A stretch of DNA of 5,841 nt, taken from IMG/VR virus record IMGVR_UViG_3300029794_000110. One strand, 5' to 3'. The stretch's first letter is position 1. Each line of letters opens with the position of its first letter. Under the pieces are notes generated by a model that worked only from the letters and a program-made list of their open reading frames with translations, did not search any database and was not told the origin of the DNA. Position numbers and translations under genes: made by a program. This document shows, in pieces, positions 1 through 5,129 of this stretch. The DNA is from a virus.

Positions 1-1
1 T

Positions 2-427
2 CAGATCCAGATCGCGCAAGCAGTTCCAGAAACCTATAGATATGTTGCAGGATATGTAACAAAAAAAATGTACGAGATAGACGGAAAGAAAGCCAATGCG
101 TACTACGAATTGGGACAAACGAAACCGTTTGCATGCATGAGCCTAAAACCGGGACTTGGAGACCACTACTATCAAGAACACAAAGCAGAAATCTGGCGAC
201 AGGGGTACATTCAATGCACCAACGGAAAACGGGCACAGATTCCAAGATACTATGAAAAGCAGATGGAAGCAGAAAACCCACAAAGATTGTGGAAAATTAA
301 ACAGAACCGACAGAAAAACGCCATGGAGCAGAAACGTCTACAACTAGAAGAACAGGACTATGAGACAGTCCTAAAGACAAAAGAACGTGTCACCAAAAAA
401 CAAACGAAAAAACGTGGTATTTTGTAA
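2..427 (+). CDS. VP4: Replication initiator protein VP4 (rolling-circle HUH endonuclease), C-terminal portion. The CDS wraps the circular junction and continues from 5126..5718.
   Basis: Reading frame 2 is open from position 2 to a TAA at 425-427, and bases 1..123 are identical to 5719..5841, so this continues the ORF starting at 5126. It contains the catalytic tyrosine motif YRYVAGYVTKK (Microviridae Rep motif III). The basic Lys/Arg-rich C-terminus is typical of gokushovirus VP4. Confidence 0.92.
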   Translation, partial: QIQIAQAVPETYRYVAGYVTKKMYEIDGKKANAYYELGQTKPFACMSLKPGLGDHYYQEHKAEIWRQGYIQCTNGKRAQIPRYYEKQMEAENPQRLWKIKQNRQKNAMEQKRLQLEEQDYETVLKTKERVTKKQTKKRGIL

Positions 428-440
428 TTAGTATATAATT

Positions 441-490
441 GGTGTCACCTAGCCCAGTACCTATCAAGTAAGTACTGGGCTTTATTATTC
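441..490 (+). terminator. Perfect 10-bp stem (451-460 AGCCCAGTAC / 472-481 GTACTGGGCT) with an 11-nt loop, followed by the T-rich run TTTATTATT. Likely an intrinsic terminator after VP4, or a structured ssDNA element.
   Basis: The reverse-complement match of the two arms was read directly. It sits 24 nt after the VP4 stop and is followed by a U-rich tract. Confidence 0.6.
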
Positions 491-493
491 TAA

Positions 494-544
494 TCGCGCA
501 CACACGTACGCGCGAAAACTACACGCGCACGCGTGCGCACGTAT
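494..544. repeat. Two perfectly alternating pyrimidine-purine GC-rich tracts (495-514, 20 nt; 521-544, 24 nt) separated by AAAACT. Tract 1 is an inverted repeat (TCGCGC 494-499 / GCGCGA 510-515). Tract 2 contains the 14-bp perfect palindrome GCGCACGCGTGCGC (525-538).
   Basis: Py/Pu alternation and the palindromes were read directly. The tracts are dense in CGCG, GCGC, ACGCGT, TGCGCA and GTAC motifs and sit in an otherwise AT-rich intergenic region. Confidence 0.8.
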
Positions 545-580
545 TATAATATAACTTGTTGTAGTCGTAGTAGTAGAGTA

Positions 581-761
581 TGTGGAAAAGTTGAAAACTA
601 CTATTTTATAACGATAGAGCGTAAAAAACAACTGAAAAACGTTGTTGAAAACTTTGTTGAAAACTTGTTGAATTGTTGAAACACTCTGTTGTGCTAAAGT
701 TTAACAATGTTGAAATGTTGAAAACTATGTGGAAAATGTTGAAAACTATGCTGAAAAAGCC
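581..761 (+). repeat. Iteron-like array of at least 10 direct copies of the core (T)TGTTGAAA(A)C, including variants GTTGAAAAC, CTGAAAAAC and TGTGGAAAA, spaced about 10-12 bp apart. A 21-23 nt unit TGTGGAAAA(T)GTTGAAAACTA occurs at both ends (581-601 and 728-750).
   Basis: Copies at 588-598, 631-640, 642-652, 654-664, 665-672, 673-682, 708-715, 716-725, 737-746 and 751-759. The A4-5 tracts recur at roughly helical periodicity. Confidence 0.8.
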
Positions 762-869
762 AATAGAAGCAATCCGGAATCGAGCGGGAAAGTCACGGCC
801 GCGCTTCGCTGGAAGTTGCGCCGCGTAGCGCGCAACAGCGGCCATCTAATGAAAAGTTCTGCAAAAGAC

Positions 870-898
870 TTGACAATTGTAAAGAGATGTGCTATAAT
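870..898 (+). promoter_or_regulatory. Consensus sigma70-type promoter: -35 TTGACA (870-875), exact 17-bp spacer, -10 TATAAT (893-898). Predicted TSS near 905.
   Basis: Exact match to both bacterial consensus hexamers with optimal spacing. It lies immediately upstream of the first ORF after the intergenic region. Confidence 0.65.
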
Positions 899-923
899 AG
901 AGTCAGAAAGAGAGGTAAGCAAT

Positions 924-1103
924 ATGATGTACGAATACACTGAAAACAAAAAGGTAAAATGGTACATTTCACCCATTGACAACAGCATTAGGTTCCCTTA
1001 TACTTACAACAAGAAGATGAAGTGCTGGGACAACAGAACCTGCCAGCTGTCAAGACAAAGGATCCACCAGCTAGAAAAAGAAAACAAAATAATGTGGATG
1101 TGA
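924..1103 (+). CDS. Hypothetical small protein (59 aa, MMYEYTENKKVKWYISPIDN...). Its stop overlaps the upstream alternative ATG of the peptidase gene (ATGTGATGA).
   Basis: ATG at 924, preceded by GAGG at 912-915 (8-nt spacer), directly downstream of the consensus promoter. No similarity recognised. The upstream part of the 729..1103 track ORF overlaps the repeats and promoter and is not considered coding. Confidence 0.35.
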   Translation: MMYEYTENKKVKWYISPIDNSIRFPYTYNKKMKCWDNRTCQLSRQRIHQLEKENKIMWM

Positions 1104-1117
1104 TGAAAGGAGACAGC

Positions 1118-1501
1118 ATGAAACACGTAAACTACATAAAAGCAGACTTCGGAAAAGTAAGCGAGCACTTCAAAGCGAGAGAATTTCAGTGCAAAGACAA
1201 AACAGAAGGACTGCTAGTCGCAACAGAACTAATTGAAACACTGGAAAATATTAGAAGTCACTTCAACGCACCGGTCATCATCAACAGCGGATACCGTACG
1301 CCAAGCTGGAATGCAAAAGTAAACGGAACATCAAACAGCTACCACTGCAAAGGGATGGCGGCAGATATCGTAGTAAAAGGACACAGCAGTAGAGAAGTCG
1401 CAAAGTACGCGGATAGTATCATGGAACAGGGCGGCGTAATCAGATACACAAACTTTGTACACGTTGACGTGCGCGAAGAGCGATACAGAAAGGGGGTGTA
1501 G
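1118..1501 (+). CDS. Peptidase M15 family (M15A / DUF882 / YcbK-like zinc D-Ala-D-Ala carboxypeptidase fold) cell-wall hydrolase. Putative lysis enzyme.
   Basis: ATG at 1118 with AAGGAG at 1107-1112 (5-nt spacer); an alternative in-frame ATG lies at 1103. Protein motifs: SGYRTPSWN, zinc-ligand block SYHCKGMAADIV (His, Asp) and FVHVDVRE (His), all characteristic of peptidase M15 / Peptidase_M15_3. No signal peptide or TM segment is visible. Confidence 0.85.
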   Translation: MKHVNYIKADFGKVSEHFKAREFQCKDKTEGLLVATELIETLENIRSHFNAPVIINSGYRTPSWNAKVNGTSNSYHCKGMAADIVVKGHSSREVAKYADSIMEQGGVIRYTNFVHVDVREERYRKGV

Positions 1502-1504
1502 CCA

Positions 1505-1609
1505 ATGGCATTAATTAAGATCAAAGACCTGAGGGAAGCAATCCAGCTGATTAAGAACGTCCTCGAAAAGCTGGACGAGATTTACCACATCCTGAAAGAA
1601 AAAGAGTAA
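1505..1609 (+). CDS. Hypothetical micro-protein, 34 aa (MALIKIKDLREAIQLIKNVLEKLDEIYHILKEKE). Amphipathic helical / coiled-coil character.
   Basis: ATG 4 nt after the peptidase stop, with GGGGG 8 nt upstream. Heptad-like Leu/Ile spacing. Below the ORF-track length threshold. Could be non-coding. Confidence 0.3.
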   Translation: MALIKIKDLREAIQLIKNVLEKLDEIYHILKEKE

Positions 1610-1611
1610 AG

Positions 1612-1836
1612 ATGATGATGCACAAAACATGGAACGTCAGAGACCAGACCGAAGAAACACTCAGGCTAGAGGCCGAAAGGCTATACAAACAGATAGAAGC
1701 CGGATACAAGATGATAAAAAAAGTATCCAAGCTAGAAGACGCCGAAAAGATCATTGATCAAATCTGGGTTATGAAGAAATGGGCCAACGACATCGAGCTA
1801 GAGCTACTCAGAAGGGAGTACAACAATGAAGCATAG
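1612..1836 (+). CDS. Hypothetical protein, 74 aa, acidic/helical (MMMHKTWNVRDQTEETLRLEAERLYKQIEAGYK...).
   Basis: ORF starts 2 nt after the previous stop, with AAAGAG upstream. It is co-directional and tightly packed with its neighbours, and its 3' end overlaps the next ORF by 11 nt. Confidence 0.4.
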   Translation: MMMHKTWNVRDQTEETLRLEAERLYKQIEAGYKMIKKVSKLEDAEKIIDQIWVMKKWANDIELELLRREYNNEA

Positions 1837-1945
1837 ACAGAGAATGCCAGCGAAAACCGACAAGCGCATGTTCAACGTAACGGCACGCAAGACAAAGAGT
1901 ATCAACCTCAGCCAGAAACCCATGCGGGGCGGCATCAGACTGTAA
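1826..1945 (+). CDS. VP8: Small highly basic protein, 39 aa (MKHRQRMPAKTDKRMFNVTARKTKSINLSQKPMRGGIRL). Probable DNA-binding/packaging protein, gokushovirus VP8 / phiX J analogue.
   Basis: Strong SD GAAGGGAG at 1811-1818, 7 nt before the ATG. About one third of residues are Lys/Arg. Size and composition match Microviridae DNA-condensing proteins. Confidence 0.6.
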   Translation: MKHRQRMPAKTDKRMFNVTARKTKSINLSQKPMRGGIRL

Positions 1946-1959
1946 AGGAGAAAAAAAAC

Positions 1960-2202
1960 ATGATTCATAAGTACTATGGCATCTACGACAGCGTAGCAAA
2001 GAGTTACTGCTACATTGGCGAAAACAAGAGCAACGAAACGTTTGCACGAATGTGCAACATCATGGCAAAGGACGAGAAAACCTTCCTCGGCCAGTCGCCT
2101 GAAGACTACAAGGGCTACCATATCGCAAACTTCAACGATGAAAACGGCCAGTTCGAGAGCATTGAGCCGGACAAGGTCTGGGAGGGCAAGCCGCATGAAT
2201 AA
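1960..2202 (+). CDS. Hypothetical 80-aa protein in the VP5 position (immediately upstream of VP3). Possible VP5-like ssDNA-synthesis/packaging protein.
   Basis: ATG at 1960 after AGGAG (1946-1950) and an A-run. Ordinary amino-acid composition, unlike the overlapping frame-2 reading. The stop overlaps the VP3 start (ATGAATAA). The VP5 assignment rests only on position and size. Confidence 0.45.
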   Translation: MIHKYYGIYDSVAKSYCYIGENKSNETFARMCNIMAKDEKTFLGQSPEDYKGYHIANFNDENGQFESIEPDKVWEGKPHE

Positions 2203-2590
2203 ACGATACGAGGAAGGGCGAAAGCCCTTCTTTTCGAATCCGGGCGAAAAACTACGCAAGCAGTACGTCTGGGGCAAAGACGAAAAAGGCGAAAAAAAAC
2301 TGATTGAAACGGAGCCAATCGACATTCAGGCCGAAATCGAAAGCTATGCAGACGAATGCGACATTAAAAACATCGTCCGTAAAGCAAGTTTTGACCCTGA
2401 ATTTGCAAAAAGTCTAGTAGACAGCGCAAAAACGGACGAAGTCGTCGATATCACGGAATGGCCAACCAACATTCACGAGTACCACGCCATGATGGCAACG
2501 GCGCAAGCCACGGCAATGGAAATCCAACGAAATCAGAAAAAAGTTGCGGAAGTACCTGTAGAAAAGGAGAAGAACAATGAACCGGAATAA
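2195..2590 (+). CDS. VP3: Internal scaffolding protein VP3 (131 aa).
   Basis: Contains the conserved gokushovirus VP3 block AEIESYADECDIKNIVRK (DECDI(N/K)NIV motif). The start at 2195 has GGAGGG 8 nt upstream. The longer frame-2 extension back to 2015 is low-complexity S/T/R-rich and overlaps the 80-aa ORF, so it was rejected. The 3' end overlaps VP1 by 14 nt. Confidence 0.8.
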   Translation: MNKRYEEGRKPFFSNPGEKLRKQYVWGKDEKGEKKLIETEPIDIQAEIESYADECDIKNIVRKASFDPEFAKSLVDSAKTDEVVDITEWPTNIHEYHAMMATAQATAMEIQRNQKKVAEVPVEKEKNNEPE

Positions 2591-4256
2591 CGAACGGCAC
2601 TTTAACAATGTACCACAAACACATGTGAGCCGAACACGTTTCAAACGAGACCAGAACATTCTCACAACCTTTGACGCGGGAAAACTCATTCCGTTTTACG
2701 TAGATGAAGTTCTTCCGGGCGATACATTCAACGTGAGTACGGCGGCAATCATCCGAATGACAACGCCGAAATATCCCGTTTTTGACGATTCTTTCATCGA
2801 TTTCTACTATTTCTTCTGTCCTAACAGAATCCTATGGGACCACTTCCAGCGTTTCATGGGTGAAGCAGACGATGCACCGTGGATGCCGAAAAGAACTTAT
2901 CAGGTGCCAAAAATCAAAATCGCATCAAACGCAAAAGCAAACGAAGACGACCACTTCCTAGGGCCAAAAGAAGGAAGCGTCCTGGATTACATGGGAGTGC
3001 CGACAAAAATCAACGAAAAAGAAGGAGCCAAAGAAACGTACATAAACGCACTGCCAGTCAGAGCTTACGTGAAAATCTGGAACGAGTTCTTCAGAGACCA
3101 AAACGTAGGAAATCCGGCAACGGTATGTACAGACGATGAAGACAGAGATTATAACGATAAAGAAGACGAATGCACAAACGAAATTCTACGCAAGGCAAAC
3201 CTAGGCGGGCGTTGTCTTCCGGTAAGTCGCTACCACGACTATTTCAGCTCCTGTCTGCCGTATCCTCAGCGAGGGCCGGAAGTAACCATCGCACTGACAG
3301 GAAATGCACCTATTAAAATGTACGGTAACGACGGAATCAACGGGCAGACAGAACCGACGACAATCTGGATGAGTGCAACCGCATCATTTCTAACACAGAA
3401 CAGTGAAGATGAATCGATCCTTGCGCTCGGCGCAACAGGGCAGACAGATGGAACATCCGTTTCAAGACTCATTGCAACGGACCTGAGCAACATCGAAGCC
3501 ACAACCATCAACCAGCTCCGACAGGCTTTTGCAGTACAGCACTATTACGAAGCGCTGGCACGTGGCGGCAGTCGCTACCGCGAACAGGTAAGAGCGCTTT
3601 TTGGAGTAACGATCAGCGATAAAACAGTTCAGGTGCCTGAGTATCTAGGTGGCGGACGCTATCACGTGAATATTAATCAGATCGTGCAGACCAGCGGACA
3701 GCAGACCGAAAACGACACGCCTATAGGCGAAACGGGTGCAATGTCGGTAACTCCTATCAACGAAAGTTCCTTTACAAAGAGCTTTGAAGAGCATGGCTTT
3801 GTTATCGGTGTCATGTGTGTACGTCACAATCACTCCTATCAGCAGGGTTTGGAACGCTTCTGGAGCCGTTCAGACAGACTGGACTACTACTTCCCGCAGT
3901 TTGCAAATTTGGGGGAACAGCCTGTCAAGAAAAAAGAAATCATGTTGACTGGCACAGACACAGACGATGAAACTTTCGGATATCAGGAAGCCTGGGCAGA
4001 CTATCGCATGAAGCCGAACCGCGTGAGCGGCAAAATGCGGAGTAACGCACAGGGAACGCTGGATTTCTGGCACTATGCAGACAACTACGAAACGGTGCCG
4101 ACACTCAGTCAAGAGTGGATGAACGAAGGCAAATCAGAAATTGCAAGAACACTGATCGTTCAGGACGAACCGCAATTTTTTGGAGCAATCCGAGTAATGA
4201 ACAATACAACACGCTGTATGCCGCTGTATAGCGTGCCGGGACTGGAAAAACTGTAA
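2577..4256 (+). CDS. VP1: Major capsid protein VP1 (559 aa), Microviridae F-protein family, gokushovirus type.
   Basis: N-terminus MNRNNERHFNNVPQTHVSRTRFKRDQNILTTFDAGKLIPFYVDEVLPGDTFNV is the canonical gokushovirus VP1 signature. AAGGAG lies 7 nt upstream. The length is typical. Confidence 0.95.
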   Translation: MNRNNERHFNNVPQTHVSRTRFKRDQNILTTFDAGKLIPFYVDEVLPGDTFNVSTAAIIRMTTPKYPVFDDSFIDFYYFFCPNRILWDHFQRFMGEADDAPWMPKRTYQVPKIKIASNAKANEDDHFLGPKEGSVLDYMGVPTKINEKEGAKETYINALPVRAYVKIWNEFFRDQNVGNPATVCTDDEDRDYNDKEDECTNEILRKANLGGRCLPVSRYHDYFSSCLPYPQRGPEVTIALTGNAPIKMYGNDGINGQTEPTTIWMSATASFLTQNSEDESILALGATGQTDGTSVSRLIATDLSNIEATTINQLRQAFAVQHYYEALARGGSRYREQVRALFGVTISDKTVQVPEYLGGGRYHVNINQIVQTSGQQTENDTPIGETGAMSVTPINESSFTKSFEEHGFVIGVMCVRHNHSYQQGLERFWSRSDRLDYYFPQFANLGEQPVKKKEIMLTGTDTDDETFGYQEAWADYRMKPNRVSGKMRSNAQGTLDFWHYADNYETVPTLSQEWMNEGKSEIARTLIVQDEPQFFGAIRVMNNTTRCMPLYSVPGLEKL

Positions 4257-4268
4257 AGAAAGGAGGAA

Positions 4269-4292
4269 AGCCCGGGAAACCGGGCTAATTTT
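4269..4292 (+). terminator. GC hairpin AGCCCGG-GAAA-CCGGGCT (7-bp stem, GAAA tetraloop) followed by AATTTTAT. Intrinsic terminator/attenuator candidate between VP1 and VP2.
   Basis: Reverse-complement arms at 4269-4275 and 4280-4286, with a T-tract at 4289-4292. It sits between the AGGAGG at 4261-4266 and the VP2 ATG. Confidence 0.5.
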
Positions 4293-4295
4293 ATA

Positions 4296-5129
4296 ATGGC
4301 AGGATTAGGAGCAATGTTAGCAAGCGGAGCGGCCAAAGTTGGAACATGGCTAGCAAATAATCCGGCAGTTGTAACCGGAGCGATGCAATTACTAGGCGGC
4401 GGACTGTCATCAATGTACGGTCAAAAAAGCGAGAACTTTAGCCAAAGCAGCAACGTAAGCACAGGAAAAGGCGGGGGAAGTTCACTAAGCGTTTCAGAAG
4501 GAGGAACGAATGACGAACAAATAATGAAATACCTCGACCAATACTATAACTGGCAAGGAGGACAAAACGCTTTCCAAAGCAAAACGAACCGCCAAAACAT
4601 GCTAATGCAGATGGGCTATAACACACTGGGAGCGATCCAACAGGGAATTTATAACCATATCGAGCAAAACGCTGCAATGCAGTACAACAGCGCCGAAGCA
4701 CTGGCAAACAGAAAGTTTCAAGAGCGTATGAGCAGTACAGCATACCAAAGAGCCGTTGAAGATATGCGAAAAGCAGGATTAAATCCCATTTTAGCATACG
4801 CACAGGGCGGAGCAAGCACGCCGGGTGGCTCAGGTGCAACCATCACTGGCGCAAGTATGGGAATGCCAGCCTCAAGCGCATTGGGAGTATCAGCACTAAG
4901 CGGCACAGTACCAAACAGCTATTACAGCAAAAGCATAGCAAAATCAACATGGTACCAGCTCTCAGAAGCCGTAGGAAGCCAACTATCAAAGGGCTATACA
5001 AGTCCATACGAGCTAACGAAGGACCTGCTAGACACATACAAACAATTAGAGAAAACAGATAAAACAGTGCCGTTTACAGCAGGCGGTGGAAAATTCAACA
5101 CAGGAAAAGGAGGAGGAAGAAAGAAATGA
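4296..5129 (+). CDS. VP2: Minor capsid / DNA pilot protein VP2 (277 aa).
   Basis: Conserved gokushovirus VP2 core NRKFQERMSSTAYQRAVEDMRKAGLNPILAY, with Gly-rich termini. Possible alternative start at 4314 (AGGA 9 nt upstream). The TGA stop overlaps the VP4 ATG (ATGA). Confidence 0.85.
   Translation: MAGLGAMLASGAAKVGTWLANNPAVVTGAMQLLGGGLSSMYGQKSENFSQSSNVSTGKGGGSSLSVSEGGTNDEQIMKYLDQYYNWQGGQNAFQSKTNRQNMLMQMGYNTLGAIQQGIYNHIEQNAAMQYNSAEALANRKFQERMSSTAYQRAVEDMRKAGLNPILAYAQGGASTPGGSGATITGASMGMPASSALGVSALSGTVPNSYYSKSIAKSTWYQLSEAVGSQLSKGYTSPYELTKDLLDTYKQLEKTDKTVPFTAGGGKFNTGKGGGRKK

Noticed and set aside
156-347. 63-aa alternate-frame ORF inside VP4
   Set aside because: Embedded in the C-terminal part of the Rep gene, with no SD and no recognisable features.
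581-761. Possibility that the short direct repeats are a CRISPR array
   Set aside because: The repeat unit is only about 10 nt with 0-3 nt spacers, and the copies are degenerate and A-tract-like. The region is a phage control region, not a repeat-spacer structure.
729-923. Upstream part of the 124-aa ORF 729..1103 running through the iteron array and promoter
   Set aside because: The reading frame is kept open by the repetitive TGTTGAAAAC units, which contain no stop codons in that frame. It would be transcribed from no visible promoter. Only the promoter-proximal segment from ATG 924 is plausible.
606-988. Minus-strand ORFs 606..845 and 746..988 in the intergenic region
   Set aside because: They are antisense to the repeat array and the consensus promoter, are repeat-driven open frames, and have no RBS.
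2015-2194. N-terminal extension of the VP3 frame back to ATG 2015 (191-aa version)
   Set aside because: The extension is S/T/R-rich low-complexity, overlaps the well-formed 80-aa ORF in another frame, and lacks an RBS. The ATG at 2195 has a GGAGGG SD and starts the conserved VP3 sequence.
1804-2325. 173-aa minus-strand ORF antisense to the 80-aa ORF and VP3
   Set aside because: It has no SD upstream of its start on the minus strand. Its hydrophobic F/L/V-rich composition is typical of antisense reading of purine-rich coding DNA. All recognised Microviridae genes are co-directional.
2879-3139. 86-aa extremely basic (K/R-rich) alternate-frame ORF inside VP1
   Set aside because: It lies in the +1 frame of a purine-rich (GAA/AAA/CGA) stretch of the capsid gene and has no start context or SD. 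The low-complexity polybasic composition is what an off-frame reading of A-rich codons gives. Overlapping genes do exist in Microviridae (phiX E, K, A*), so it cannot be fully excluded, but nothing supports it.
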